Of a DNA stretch of 64,000 nucleotides, positions 41,998 through 52,549 are shown one piece after another. Source of the stretch: Acidimicrobiia bacterium (GTDB lineage Bacteria; Actinomycetota; Acidimicrobiia; Spongiisociales; ZC4RG35). Each line of letters begins with the position of its first letter. The first letter of the stretch is position 1. The notes under the pieces are model-generated. The model saw nothing but the letters and a program-made list of their open reading frames with translations. It ran no database searches and was not told where the DNA came from. A program made the translations under genes and the position numbers. The stretch is taken from positions 392,910 through 456,909 of the forward strand of contig OZ242375.1 of NCBI GenBank assembly GCA_965209025.1, given 5' to 3'.

Positions 41998-42251
41998 GGT
42001 GTCGGTCCCGGCAATGTAGTCGGTTGGATGTCGACCGGGCATGTCTCCAGTCACTTCCCTGTTCCGTGCTGTGGACAGTGGCGAATGGCAAGGCCCTTCG
42101 CCGACGCTCCCCTTGGTGGTTTCGGGGGCCCCGGCAAGGCTACTCCGTTCCCAAACCCCAGTGCTGTTGTCACGGCCATTCCGGCTCCGACCCCCGAGTC
42201 GGGGCGCGGGATTAGATTAAGCAACCGAGCGAAGCAGGAAGGAGCAGGACT

Positions 42252-43574
42252 ATGACCAAGGCACTCGTGGGGGGAAGGGTGGTAGACGGCACCGGAAGGG
42301 CCCCCATCGACGATGCGGTGGTGCTGATCGACGGCGAACGCATCGATGCGGTTTTCCGCCGGGGAGAGGTCGAGCTTTCCGCCGACACCGAAGTCGTGGA
42401 CATAGCAGGGTCCACCGTCATTCCGGGCCTCATCGACTGCCATGTTCATGTCGGGGTGCTGGCTGACAACTCGTTCCTGCAGGTGGAGGATCCCCCCGGG
42501 TTGGCGGACCTGTTCATGACCACGCTGTTGCGCCACGGGGTCACCACCGTTCGGGACACCGGCAACTTCGACCCCGATGAGGTGTTCCGGACCTTCAAGG
42601 AAGGGAGGGACGACTGGCCCCGGTTCTTCGGAGCGGGAACCATCCTCGACGGCCCGGCCGATCCGCCCGCCCCCTGGCGGTGGCTGGCCATCATCGATGA
42701 TGAGGAGTCGGCCCGCCGGGAAGCCTCGAAGCTGATAGACGCAGGCATGGACTTTCTCAAGGTGTACGTGTGGGCCCGGCTTCCGGTGCTCCGGGCGGTG
42801 GTCTCCGAAGCTCATCGACGGGGAGTGCGGGTCTCGGCGCATGTGGGCCACATGGTCACCGTGGAGGAGGCGGTCAAGGTCGGCGTGGATGCCTTGGAGC
42901 ACGTACGGATAGGACGGGAGTTGGTTCCCGAGGAGCGGATGGATGAACTCAACGGATTGACCGGCCGGATTCTCGATCCCCTGGTTGGTTGGCAACCGTG
43001 GCGCTTTGTCGACCCCGAGTCGGATCTGGCCGATGGTCTTATCGACCTCATGGCGGAGCGGGGTACATACATCACCCCAACGCTCACCCTCTCCCAGGCC
43101 ATCCTGTTGGGCAACACGCCCGAGGCGGTCAACCCGCCGGGCCTCGACGAGATGCCCGCCGCGGTGGCGGAACAATGGGGCCAATACGCCTACCCGTTCG
43201 ACTACTCCGAGACCGACTGGGAGCAGGCGCCGGTGGAGTTGCGCAACCAGATGGCTTTCATCGGGCGAGCCCAACAGGGCGGAGTGAACGTAACCGCGGG
43301 CACCGACCTCACCAACCCCTTCGTGGTGCCGGGACACAGCATGCACGAGGAACTCCGGCTCCTGGTGGAGGGGTGCGGGTTCTCTCCCATGGAGGCGATC
43401 GTGGCGGCCACCAGCCGGGCGGCCGACCTCCTGGGTCAGGGCGACGAACTGGGATCGGTGGAGAAGCGCAAGCTGGCCGACCTGTTGGTGCTTGAGGGGG
43501 ATCCTCTCTCCGACATCTCCAACACCAAGCGGATCGCCGCGGTGTACAAGGGTGGTCAGCTCGTAGCGACCTGA
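42252..43574 (+). CDS. amidohydrolase family protein
   Basis: VIPGLIDCHVHVG metal-binding HxH and the TIM-barrel amidohydrolase pattern. Confidence 0.7.
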   Translation: MTKALVGGRVVDGTGRAPIDDAVVLIDGERIDAVFRRGEVELSADTEVVDIAGSTVIPGLIDCHVHVGVLADNSFLQVEDPPGLADLFMTTLLRHGVTTVRDTGNFDPDEVFRTFKEGRDDWPRFFGAGTILDGPADPPAPWRWLAIIDDEESARREASKLIDAGMDFLKVYVWARLPVLRAVVSEAHRRGVRVSAHVGHMVTVEEAVKVGVDALEHVRIGRELVPEERMDELNGLTGRILDPLVGWQPWRFVDPESDLADGLIDLMAERGTYITPTLTLSQAILLGNTPEAVNPPGLDEMPAAVAEQWGQYAYPFDYSETDWEQAPVELRNQMAFIGRAQQGGVNVTAGTDLTNPFVVPGHSMHEELRLLVEGCGFSPMEAIVAATSRAADLLGQGDELGSVEKRKLADLLVLEGDPLSDISNTKRIAAVYKGGQLVAT

Positions 43575-43575
43575 C

Positions 43576-44439
43576 CTAGGCGGGAACGATCCGGAGCCTG
43601 GCGCCGGCGGCGGCGTCCTGGTCGATGTCGAGCCCTAGAGGTGTCTTCCGGAACGGGATGTCCAGGGTGGAGAGAGTCGCGGCCGAGCGGGAGAGATCGG
43701 GGCTTGACAAGAGCAGGCGGAGCGGGCCCGGCCCCCGCCGGTCCAGTTCCCGGCCGGCCGCCCCGTCCCCGGTGGGCTCGTGCAGTCCCAACCTGAAGGA
43801 GCCGATCCGCAGGTAGACGCTCGTGGTTCCCGCCTCTCCCGGTGACGGGGGCGGCATCCGGTCGCGCAGTCCCAGCGCGCCCTCGTAGATCTCCAGGGTT
43901 GCCCCCAGGTCTCCGGTAACCAGGTCCATCCCCGCCACGCCGGTAACCCCACTCTGGTGGTCTCCGGGCGGATCCCAGGCCAGGAGGTCCGGCTCCGGCG
44001 TTGTCCAGTCGATCAGATAGGGCCAGGGCTTACGCCACGGCGATCCGCCGGGGACCACCAGCCGCCACTCCAACCGCCTTCCGTCAGGGCGGATCCGGTC
44101 CATCTCGAACGGGCCGTCGGCGCCGATGCCCAGGGACCTGAAGCCGTCTGCTTGCTCCTCCAGGCGGGATCCCGCCAGCACGAATCCGATCAGACCCGAC
44201 GCCTTGCGGAGGAATGACAGCAGATCTTCTCCGAACGGCCCTCTTGCGCGCGCCTTGGAGGCATCTTCCACCGAAAGCAGCTCCAGGTAGTCGAGGCCGA
44301 AGCGCACGATGGCATTGCGGGTGCCCAGGGAGGGGTGGCGGCCACCCTCGGACACATCGAACCCCAGCCTGCGGAAGGCGGCTATCCCAGCCTCCAGGTC
44401 GGGGATCCCTATCACCGCGTGGTCGAAACGCTCGATCAC
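43576..44439 (-). CDS. VOC (glyoxalase/bleomycin-resistance/dioxygenase) family protein
   Basis: Two tandem VOC-like modules (FDHAVIGIPDLEAG...). The start is placed at GTG 44439, 10 nt after the upstream stop. The longer ORF reaching 44679 overlaps the upstream gene. Confidence 0.55.
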   Translation of the reverse strand: MIERFDHAVIGIPDLEAGIAAFRRLGFDVSEGGRHPSLGTRNAIVRFGLDYLELLSVEDASKARARGPFGEDLLSFLRKASGLIGFVLAGSRLEEQADGFRSLGIGADGPFEMDRIRPDGRRLEWRLVVPGGSPWRKPWPYLIDWTTPEPDLLAWDPPGDHQSGVTGVAGMDLVTGDLGATLEIYEGALGLRDRMPPPSPGEAGTTSVYLRIGSFRLGLHEPTGDGAAGRELDRRGPGPLRLLLSSPDLSRSAATLSTLDIPFRKTPLGLDIDQDAAAGARLRIVPA

Positions 44440-44449
44440 TTGAAGCCGA

Positions 44450-45436
44450 TCACTCCACCAGGGCGGGGAGTATCTCCTCGGTGACTCTCCGGAACTGATG
44501 GGCTTCGTCGTAGGCTGCGATCCTGAGCGTGATGGTGGTCGCTCCGGCGTCGGCGAACTCATTGATGCGCCTGATGCACTCGGAGGGATCGCCGATCGCC
44601 ACCCAGCGTTCCAGGAACCCCCGCTCGTAGTCCGTGAAGTAGTAGTCCCGCATGTATGACTGCACTTCCTCCATCCCACGTTCGGGCCGCTCGGTGACGT
44701 GAATGTTGTAGTACAAGCAGGCCTCGAAGTCGTCCCCCAGCGGGCGGCCCTCTTCCTCGCCGTACTGCTTGATGGTCGCCAGGGTGGTGGCCAGGCTGTC
44801 CGGAGTGTTAGCGGTGGTCATCCAGCCGTCTCCAAGCCGGGCGATCCGTCGCAGGATCCTCTCTGACAGCTTGGGGAAGGCGGGATTGGCATGTCCCGTG
44901 ATCCAGATGGGAAGGGGCTGCTGCACCGGCCTGGGCAGCACCGTCACGTCCTCGAAGCTGTTGTAGGTCCCGTGATAGGAGGCGTTCTCGGTTTCCGACA
45001 CCAGTCGGAGGACCTCGATGGCCTCTTCCATGCGCCTGCTCCGCGTGGATGGATCGATCCCGAAGGCGGCGAACTCCTCTTCGAACTGCCCGCCGCCGGC
45101 TTCCCGCTGTCCCTGGCAGGCAACGAAGATGGATCGCCCCCCGGAGACGAAGTCGAAGCTGAGCCACTGGTAGGCCATAAGCAGGGCGTCGCGAAGAGGT
45201 GTGCTGGCCATGCAGCCCACGCCCAGCTTTACGCGCTCGGTATGGGCGGCCAGAGCCCCTAGGGCAACAAGGGCATCCACCCGGGGCTTGGCGAAGATCG
45301 AGTCGCCCAGCCAGACCGAGTCCCAAACCTCGGCCTGGTCGGCCGCCCGGGCCAGACTGTTCATCTCCTCCATCGATGACATCCCCAACAGGACGCTCCG
45401 ATTCGACAAAGTCAGCCCGTACTTTGTCCGGCCCAT
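44450..45436 (-). CDS. LLM-class (luciferase-like) flavin/F420-dependent oxidoreductase
   Basis: LGDSIFAKP...FDFVSGGR... luciferase-like monooxygenase pattern. Confidence 0.7.
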   Translation of the reverse strand: MGRTKYGLTLSNRSVLLGMSSMEEMNSLARAADQAEVWDSVWLGDSIFAKPRVDALVALGALAAHTERVKLGVGCMASTPLRDALLMAYQWLSFDFVSGGRSIFVACQGQREAGGGQFEEEFAAFGIDPSTRSRRMEEAIEVLRLVSETENASYHGTYNSFEDVTVLPRPVQQPLPIWITGHANPAFPKLSERILRRIARLGDGWMTTANTPDSLATTLATIKQYGEEEGRPLGDDFEACLYYNIHVTERPERGMEEVQSYMRDYYFTDYERGFLERWVAIGDPSECIRRINEFADAGATTITLRIAAYDEAHQFRRVTEEILPALVE

Positions 45437-45555
45437 GGACCTCCTCTCTCCGAAGCCCGGCCCAATCTAATAGCCGTGGCTGCGCCGGCCGCCGACTCTC
45501 CGCGGTCGCTCAATGGAACCCGACCCGCGGGACTGATCCAGGAAGGGCTTGCTCC

Positions 45556-46413
45556 TTACAGGTAGCTGTAGAAGCCTCGCCCGCTCTTGCGGCCTGTCCA
45601 TCCTGACTCGACCAGTCGGGCCAGGAGCGGTGGGGGAGCGTTGGCAGGGTCGCGGAACTCTTCGTACAGGACCTTGCCGATCTCATAGATGGTGTCAAGT
45701 CCTATGAAGTCAGCCAACTCGAAGGGTCCCATGGGATGGTTCAATCCCGTCTTGACGGCCGTGTCGATGTCCTCGCGGGTGGCGACGCCCGCCTCGAGCA
45801 TGCGCACCGCCGACATCAGGAACGGGACCACCAGCCCGTTGACGACGAACCCTGCTTGATCCCGGCACAGCACCACGCTCTTTCGCAGGTGGACCGAGAC
45901 GAAGTCGTTCACGATCTTCAGCGTGTCCTCTGAAGTGGTGATCGCCGGGATCACCTCAACCAGTTTCATCACCGGAGCCGGGTTGAAGAAGTGGATGCCC
46001 ACCACGTTCTCGGGACGGGTGGTGGCCGCGCCCAGGCGGGCGATGGGAATCGATGAAGTGTTGGAAGCCAGGATGGTGTCGGGGTCCTCGACCAGGTGGT
46101 CAAGACGCTCGAATATGGTCAGCTTCAGCGCGATTACCTCCGAGACCGCCTCTATCACCAGTTGGCTCGGTGACAGACTCTCCAGGTCGTCGCTCACCGT
46201 CACCTGGGAGAGGGTGCTCTCCTGTTCGTCGGTCGTCATCTTTCCCCGCGCCACCGCCTTAGCGGTGGAGCCGACCATCCGCTGGTAGGCCGCCTCGGCT
46301 CGTGCCGAGTCGGCTTCTACCACGGTCACATCGCACCCGGCCCGGGCGCACACCTCGGCGATGCCCGAACCCATCAATCCACCTCCGACGACTCCGACTC
46401 TTGTTATGTTCAT
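45556..46413 (-). CDS. 3-hydroxyacyl-CoA / 3-hydroxybutyryl-CoA dehydrogenase
   Basis: VGVVGGGLMGSGIAEV Rossmann fold with the 3HCDH C-terminal domain. Confidence 0.85.
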   Translation of the reverse strand: MNITRVGVVGGGLMGSGIAEVCARAGCDVTVVEADSARAEAAYQRMVGSTAKAVARGKMTTDEQESTLSQVTVSDDLESLSPSQLVIEAVSEVIALKLTIFERLDHLVEDPDTILASNTSSIPIARLGAATTRPENVVGIHFFNPAPVMKLVEVIPAITTSEDTLKIVNDFVSVHLRKSVVLCRDQAGFVVNGLVVPFLMSAVRMLEAGVATREDIDTAVKTGLNHPMGPFELADFIGLDTIYEIGKVLYEEFRDPANAPPPLLARLVESGWTGRKSGRGFYSYL

Positions 46414-46449
46414 GTATCTCTCCAGACGGGGCTTTTGGTTGCCTACCGA

Positions 46450-47763
46450 TTATGGCCTGTCGCGAGAATCGTCCAGCACGTTGCCGCCCATCAGGGCATC
46501 CTGGGACCTTCGCAGACCGACGATGGTGTTGTTGTCCAACTCCAGGTCGCCGTAGGTGAGAACTGCCCCCGCTTTGACGTCGTTGGTGAGCCGGGAGCCG
46601 GATGCCAGGCCGAGGGGTGCCAGGTCCTCCCGGCGGGCCACCTGGGCCTTCTCAATCACCCCGTAGACGGAGAAACCCCCCAACCCGTCAATCCGTTCCC
46701 CGCTTCTAAGGTCCTTTTTGGCGACCGCTACCGTCTCGGCCGAGGGGGGACGGTCGGTGGCCAGGGTGGTCTCGCCCCGGAGCACCGCCTTGGCGATGGA
46801 GATCGGGGTCTCGAGGCTGGTGAGATGGTAAGGGCGGTACAGCGCCCAGTAGGGGCCCTCTCCCACTTTCAGGTACCGGAGGTCCCGCACCAACTTGGGA
46901 TGGTCGGTTGTGAATACCAGAAACACCCCGGGGGCGACCCCCCGCCCGTAGTCAACGCGTCCGGCCTCGGAGAGGATTCCCCCGTCCTCCTCCGGAATGT
47001 AGGTGGAGGCAAGGGTGTCGGGAGTCACCTCCGGACCGTGCATCCCTCGGCGGTCGGGCAGGTACCCGAGAGCGTTGGAGATGGTGGTCATCTCCATCAT
47101 GGTCTTGGTGCCGTCCACAAACGACGCCAGCATCTTGGGGTTCATCATTTGGCGGCGGGCGGTCTCCTCCATGGTGTCGGGGTTGGCGGTGGGGATCAAT
47201 GGGTTGTTCTTCCCCTTCCCCACGCTCACAACCTCGTATCCCAGGAGAGTGGCGAACTCGTACAGTTCGGCTATCGCCCCCGGCTCGTCGCCGCCCGACA
47301 GCGAGTAGACCACTCCCGCCTCCCTCGCCCGCTGTCGGAGGATCGCGCCCACGGTGGCGTCGGCCTCCACGTTCATCTGCATCACGTGCTTTCCCGCTGC
47401 AATCGCCTCGAGGGCCACCCTGGCTCCCATCTCCGGTATCCCGGTTGCCTCCACAGTGATGTCGAGGGGAGGTGCACTGGCCACGGCGGCGTTGGTGGTG
47501 TGCACCCGCTTTCCGTCTGCGATTGCCTGCGATGCCCGGTCGGGGTCGTCGGTCTGGATGACCTCGGTGTCCTCGATCCCGGCCGAGCGGTAGATCGCCG
47601 CCGAACGTCCGCTTCCCCGGTCCACTATCACGTAGGCGCACATCCCCTCCATCCGCTCCATGGTGATAGCCAGTCCCTCGCCCATCTGGCCGGCGCCCAC
47701 TATCCCGACCTTGATGGGGTCTCCGGCGGCCTGGCGGGAACGGAGCAGGGAGCTGAGGGTCAC
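46450..47763 (-). CDS. NAD(P)-binding oxidoreductase with a C-terminal SAF domain (COG4091-like)
   Basis: KVGIVGAGQMG N-terminus. C-terminal SAF-like ...RSGERIDGLGGFSVYG. Confidence 0.6.
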   Translation of the reverse strand: MTLSSLLRSRQAAGDPIKVGIVGAGQMGEGLAITMERMEGMCAYVIVDRGSGRSAAIYRSAGIEDTEVIQTDDPDRASQAIADGKRVHTTNAAVASAPPLDITVEATGIPEMGARVALEAIAAGKHVMQMNVEADATVGAILRQRAREAGVVYSLSGGDEPGAIAELYEFATLLGYEVVSVGKGKNNPLIPTANPDTMEETARRQMMNPKMLASFVDGTKTMMEMTTISNALGYLPDRRGMHGPEVTPDTLASTYIPEEDGGILSEAGRVDYGRGVAPGVFLVFTTDHPKLVRDLRYLKVGEGPYWALYRPYHLTSLETPISIAKAVLRGETTLATDRPPSAETVAVAKKDLRSGERIDGLGGFSVYGVIEKAQVARREDLAPLGLASGSRLTNDVKAGAVLTYGDLELDNNTIVGLRRSQDALMGGNVLDDSRDRP

Positions 47764-47846
47764 GTGACAGCCAGTTTATTGGTTAGGCCGGACTGTTTGT
47801 TGAATTCAGTCTTCGAGCCGCCTGGGAAGGACGGTCCGGTTGGATC

Positions 47847-49463
47847 CTAAACCGTCGATGTGTCGGCGGGCCTCGCCAACAACACTCCCGGATTGAGGAT
47901 TCCCTTCGGGTCGAGAAGTCCCTTGGCCCGAGCCAGGACATCCCCGAACAAGGGTGGCCGCTGCTTCTCGTACCAGGGCCGGTGGTCTCGTCCTATCGCG
48001 TGATGGTGGGTGATGGTGCCGCCGTTGTCCAGCACCGCGTCCGAAACGGAGCGTTTGATGTCCCGCCATTGTTCGAGCATGGATCCGGGATCGGTGCCGC
48101 AGTGGAATGCGAAGTAGGGAGCTGGACCGTCCGGGTACGCATGGCTGAATCGAACCGAGACTGCGCCATCGCGGCCGGTTGCTGCCCGGATGGCCTGTTC
48201 CGTGGCGTCTTTCACCGAGTGGTAGAAGGACTCGAACCGGTCCCAGGTGATGGCGGACTCGAAGGTGTCGGAGATGATGCCTCGGGGTGTGAGGTTCTCG
48301 CGGCCGTAAGGCATCCTGATGAATGCGTCCCGCCAAGCGCCGACCGCGCCCTTCAGGTGGGCGTCGGGATTGGCCCGCCAGTCGACATCGGGCACGCCGC
48401 CGTGATCGCGAGCGCATTCCTCGGCCCGGTCCATCCAGGCGCCGACCGGGTGGTCGGCCGATTCGAAGGACACGACCAGCAGCGTGAATGAACCGTCCCC
48501 CGCGCCGTTCACGGCCAGTTCCACCCCGTCGACGATCCTTGCGTTGGCCGGGAACAGTCCCGCCTGCGCGATTGCTCGCACCGCCCCGGCGGCTTGCAGG
48601 AATCCCGGAAAACGATATCCGGCGGTGGCCTTGAAGGAGACTCGACCCTGCAATCGCACCCAGGCTTCGGTGACTATTCCCAGGGTTCCCTCCGAGCCGA
48701 TCATCAGGCGATCCGGGCTGGGGCCCGCGCCGGAACCGGGCAGGCGGCGCGACTGCATCCTCCCGGCCGGCGTGACCAAGCAGATGCTTTCCACCAAGTC
48801 GTCTATATGGGTGTAGAGAGTTGCGAAGTGTCCGCCGGAGCGGGTTGCTATCCAGCCTCCCAGGGTGGAGTGCTGGAAGGACTGGGGGAAGTGCCGAAGC
48901 GTCATCCCGTGGGACTTCAAGGCGGCCTCCAGTTCCGGACCCCGGGCTCCGCCCTGGATGCGCGCCGCCCTCGAGACCGGGTCCACTTCGAGCACCCGGT
49001 TCATTCGGCTCATGTCCAAGGTGATCGTTCCCGAGAAGCCGGGGCCGACGTCGGGCGTGACTCCGCCCACGACCGACGAGCCGTCACCGTATGGGACCAG
49101 GGCCGCTCCGACCTCTCCGGCCCATTCCATCAGGGCCGTCACGTCGGCTTCGTCTCTCGGATACGCGATCACATCTGGGGCATGGTCGAAGTCCCGGGCG
49201 AATATCCGGATCGAGTCCGGCTGGGACTGCCCGAAGGCGTGCAGGACTCGTTCGTAGGGTTCCTGGGTGCAGATCGCTTCCAGGCTGTCGGGCGGCTTCA
49301 AGCGGGGCGCCCGGAGGGAGATTCCGTCGAGAGGGGGCACCTGGGCGTTCCCCGAGCCCCGGATGCCGAACTGGGCGAGAGTCCGCAGCAGCGTCTCCCG
49401 GTCTCCGGGTGACAAGCCTTGCCCTTCATGTCCCCACCCCCAGTACTTGAGCCGCGGCGCCAT
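47847..49463 (-). CDS. FAD-binding oxidoreductase (alkyl-DHAP synthase / GlcD-like)
   Basis: KYWGWG... N-terminus, FAD-binding PCMH-type domain and C-terminal FAD-linked oxidase domain. Confidence 0.7.
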   Translation of the reverse strand: MAPRLKYWGWGHEGQGLSPGDRETLLRTLAQFGIRGSGNAQVPPLDGISLRAPRLKPPDSLEAICTQEPYERVLHAFGQSQPDSIRIFARDFDHAPDVIAYPRDEADVTALMEWAGEVGAALVPYGDGSSVVGGVTPDVGPGFSGTITLDMSRMNRVLEVDPVSRAARIQGGARGPELEAALKSHGMTLRHFPQSFQHSTLGGWIATRSGGHFATLYTHIDDLVESICLVTPAGRMQSRRLPGSGAGPSPDRLMIGSEGTLGIVTEAWVRLQGRVSFKATAGYRFPGFLQAAGAVRAIAQAGLFPANARIVDGVELAVNGAGDGSFTLLVVSFESADHPVGAWMDRAEECARDHGGVPDVDWRANPDAHLKGAVGAWRDAFIRMPYGRENLTPRGIISDTFESAITWDRFESFYHSVKDATEQAIRAATGRDGAVSVRFSHAYPDGPAPYFAFHCGTDPGSMLEQWRDIKRSVSDAVLDNGGTITHHHAIGRDHRPWYEKQRPPLFGDVLARAKGLLDPKGILNPGVLLARPADTSTV

Positions 49464-49611
49464 CGGTCTGACCTCCCTTCTGTCAGGTGCCTAGGGCGAT
49501 CATCCTAACTCCCAAACCTCCGGCGGTCCGGCCAGCCGGGTGGACAGAGGCCGGGTTCTGAGGAATTCCAATATCGATTGGGAGGCTCACAGGCCGGTAA
49601 AGTTCTCCCCT

Positions 49612-52035
49612 ATGGAATACGATGTCGCCTCGATCGAGGCGAAGTGGCAGGATTACTGGGAGCAGGACAGGACCTTCTACACCAAAGAGGACTCCGACCG
49701 GCCCAAGTACTACAACCTGCAGATGTACCCCTACCCATCCGGGGATCTCCACATGGGGCACCTCCGGAACTACACCTATGTGGACCTTCTCACCCGCTAC
49801 CGGAAAATGCAGGGCTACAACGTACTCTCCCCGATGGGCTGGGACTCCTTCGGCCTGCCGGCGGAGAACGCCGCCATCGCCACCGGCGTGCATCCCCGGG
49901 AGTTCACCGAGCGCCAGATAACCCGCATGAAGTCCCAACTCCGGCGGCTGGGGGCCGTGTACGACTGGAGTAGGGAACTGGCCTGTCACACACCCGAGTA
50001 CTACCGGTGGGACCAGTGGTTGTTCCTCAAGCTCTACGAGCGGGGCCTCGCCTACAAGTCCCGGTCCGCCGTCAACTGGTGTGAGCAGGACCAGACTGTG
50101 CTGGCCAACGAGCAGGTGGTGAACGGGGCCTGCGAGCGATGCGAGTCCCCGGTGGTCCGCCGGGATCTGGAGCAATGGCACTTCCGGATCACCGCCTACG
50201 CCGACCGCCTGCTGGAGGACTTGGAGGGGCTTGACTGGCCTGAGCGGGTGAAGGTGATGCAGCATAACTGGATTGGCCGATCGGAGGGGTGTGACTTCAC
50301 CATCGAGGTGGAGGACGGCGACGGGGCCTTCGAGGTCTACACGACCCGGCCCGACACCATATACGGGATGACCTTCGCGGTGCTCGCTCCCGAGCATCCC
50401 CTGGTGGAACGATTGGTGGCGGGCGGGCCCTACGAGGAGGAGATCGGAGCCTACGTCAAGAGGGTCTCCGCGGCCAGCGAGTTGGAGAGGATGGCCACCG
50501 GGGAGAAGTCCGGCATCTTCATCGGGCGGTACTGCGTCAACCCGGCCAACGGGAAGCGGGTTCCTCTCTACATAGCCGACTACGTGCTGATGGGCTATGG
50601 GACGGGAGCGATTATGGGAGTCCCCGGAGAAGACCAGCGGGATTGGGACTTCGCCGCGGAGCGGGGACTGGAGATAATCCGTACCGTCCGGCCACCCGAC
50701 GCGTGGGAAGGGCAGGCCTACACGGGGGACGGCATCTCGATCAACTCGGACTTCCTGAACGGCCTGGAGACGGAGGCCGCCAAGGAGAGGATCATCGCCT
50801 GGTTGGAGGAGAAGGGGATCGGACGCCGGGCGGTCAAGTACCGGCTCCATGACTGGCTGGTGTCCCGGCAGCGCTACTGGGGATGCCCCATTCCCATGGT
50901 GAACTGCGAGTCATGCGGCCTGGTGCCCGTACCCGAGGAGGACCTCCCGGTCATCCATCCGGACGTGGAGGAGTACCGGCCCCGGGGGCAGTCGCCGCTG
51001 GCCCTCGCCACCGACTGGGTGGAGGTCGATTGTCCCCGGTGCGGAGGGCCGGGCAGGCGGGAGACCGACACGATGGACACCTTCGTGGACTCTTCCTGGT
51101 ACTTCCTCCGCTACTGCGATGCTCACAACGCCGAGCGGATCTTCGACGGGGAGAAAGTCAGGTACTGGATGGCGGTGGACCAGTACATCGGCGGGGTGGA
51201 GCACGCCGTCCTGCATCTTCTCTACGCCCGGTTCATAACCAAGGTCCTCTACGACCTGGGCCTTTGCCCCTCCAAAGAGCCCTTCACGCGGCTGTTCACC
51301 CAGGGGATGCTGGTGAAGGACGGCGCCAAGATGTCGAAGTCCCGGGGGAACGCTGTTTCTCCCGAGCCTTATTACGAGCGATACGGCGCGGACGCGGTCC
51401 GTCTCTACGAACTGTTCATCGGACCCCCGACCGATGATGCGGTGTGGATCGACGGGGGAGTGGAGGGCACTTCCCGGTTCCTTGACCGGGTGTGGCGGTT
51501 GGGCATGGGCGAAGTCGGCTCGGTCAGCGACCGGGAGGAGGACCGTCGGGACCGGGCGATCCTGGGGGTGGCGCACCGCGCCCTGCGCAAGGTGACCTCC
51601 GACATAGACCGCTTCCACTTCAACACCGTGGTGTCGACGCTGATGGCGATGATCAACGAGGTGATCGCCTACCTGCGGGGAGGAGGAAGAACCGAGACCT
51701 TCCGGGAGGTCTACCGCCTGCTGCTGTTGATGCTCGCACCCTTGGCGCCCCACGTCTCCCACGAGTTGTGGGACCGGCTGGGTTATCAGGGGATGGTCGC
51801 CACCCAGGGGTGGCCGGCCTGGGACGAGGAGGTGGCCCGGGAAGACAAGGTGGTGATGGTGCTGCAGGTCAACGGCAAGGTTCGGGACCGCGTGGAGGTC
51901 CCCGTCGACATAGACGAGGCTACCGCGGAGCAGTACGCCTTGCGGTCCCAGCGGATCCAACGCTGGCTGGAAGGAGGGCGTGTGGTTCGAGTGGTGGCCC
52001 GCCCGCCCCGGATCGTCAACCTGGTGGTGAAGTAG
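49612..52035 (+). CDS. leuS: leucine--tRNA ligase
   Basis: MEYDVASIEAKWQ...PYPSGDLHMGH...KMSKS. Confidence 0.95.
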   Translation: MEYDVASIEAKWQDYWEQDRTFYTKEDSDRPKYYNLQMYPYPSGDLHMGHLRNYTYVDLLTRYRKMQGYNVLSPMGWDSFGLPAENAAIATGVHPREFTERQITRMKSQLRRLGAVYDWSRELACHTPEYYRWDQWLFLKLYERGLAYKSRSAVNWCEQDQTVLANEQVVNGACERCESPVVRRDLEQWHFRITAYADRLLEDLEGLDWPERVKVMQHNWIGRSEGCDFTIEVEDGDGAFEVYTTRPDTIYGMTFAVLAPEHPLVERLVAGGPYEEEIGAYVKRVSAASELERMATGEKSGIFIGRYCVNPANGKRVPLYIADYVLMGYGTGAIMGVPGEDQRDWDFAAERGLEIIRTVRPPDAWEGQAYTGDGISINSDFLNGLETEAAKERIIAWLEEKGIGRRAVKYRLHDWLVSRQRYWGCPIPMVNCESCGLVPVPEEDLPVIHPDVEEYRPRGQSPLALATDWVEVDCPRCGGPGRRETDTMDTFVDSSWYFLRYCDAHNAERIFDGEKVRYWMAVDQYIGGVEHAVLHLLYARFITKVLYDLGLCPSKEPFTRLFTQGMLVKDGAKMSKSRGNAVSPEPYYERYGADAVRLYELFIGPPTDDAVWIDGGVEGTSRFLDRVWRLGMGEVGSVSDREEDRRDRAILGVAHRALRKVTSDIDRFHFNTVVSTLMAMINEVIAYLRGGGRTETFREVYRLLLLMLAPLAPHVSHELWDRLGYQGMVATQGWPAWDEEVAREDKVVMVLQVNGKVRDRVEVPVDIDEATAEQYALRSQRIQRWLEGGRVVRVVARPPRIVNLVVK

Positions 52036-52077
52036 TCCGAGACCGTTCGGCTCAACCTGCTTCCCGGCTGATCTGTC

Positions 52078-52506
52078 CTAATCCGAGGCGGTGCGCCAGA
52101 GCCTGATGGCTGTTACGCCGAAGACCACCGGGGTCACCGTGTCGATCACATACCAGACCATCCAGAACGTGGCCTCGTTGGGGGGTTCTCCCCAGCGTGA
52201 TGCGAACCAGTTCGGAAGGAACGCAAGGGTCAGAACCAGCGCGGCGTAGAACAGACGGTTGGCGGTGAGCCACTGCCGAGCGGCGGTCGGAGACTCGGGG
52301 TGGCCTCCCTGCTTCTCTTGGTAGGTGACAGCCATTACCAGCACCAGCCCGGCAAGCATGCTCCAGCCGATCACGTTCCAGACGGTGCCCGCCGCTTCGT
52401 CGGCCTGTTTCGAGGCTTGGGCGTAGATAGTCCAGGTTGTGAACTGCACGGCCAGGCATATCGCTACCAACCCCAGGTAGACGCTGATCGCCCGCTTTAT
52501 CACCAT
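52078..52506 (-). CDS. small integral membrane protein, uncharacterised (paralogue A)
   Basis: Four predicted TM helices. Shares LAFLPNWF...W.IW..ID.V.PV.F with the adjacent gene. Confidence 0.6.
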   Translation of the reverse strand: MVIKRAISVYLGLVAICLAVQFTTWTIYAQASKQADEAAGTVWNVIGWSMLAGLVLVMAVTYQEKQGGHPESPTAARQWLTANRLFYAALVLTLAFLPNWFASRWGEPPNEATFWMVWYVIDTVTPVVFGVTAIRLWRTASD

Positions 52507-52549
52507 CGAAACCCTCAGACCCTCAGATCGGAGATGCGCAGGCGGACGA

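Noticed and set aside
49464-49611. Possible T-box or leader RNA upstream of leuS.
   Set aside because: No T-box consensus (AGGGTGGnACCGCG) and no specifier/antiterminator arrangement could be found. It is an ordinary divergent promoter region.
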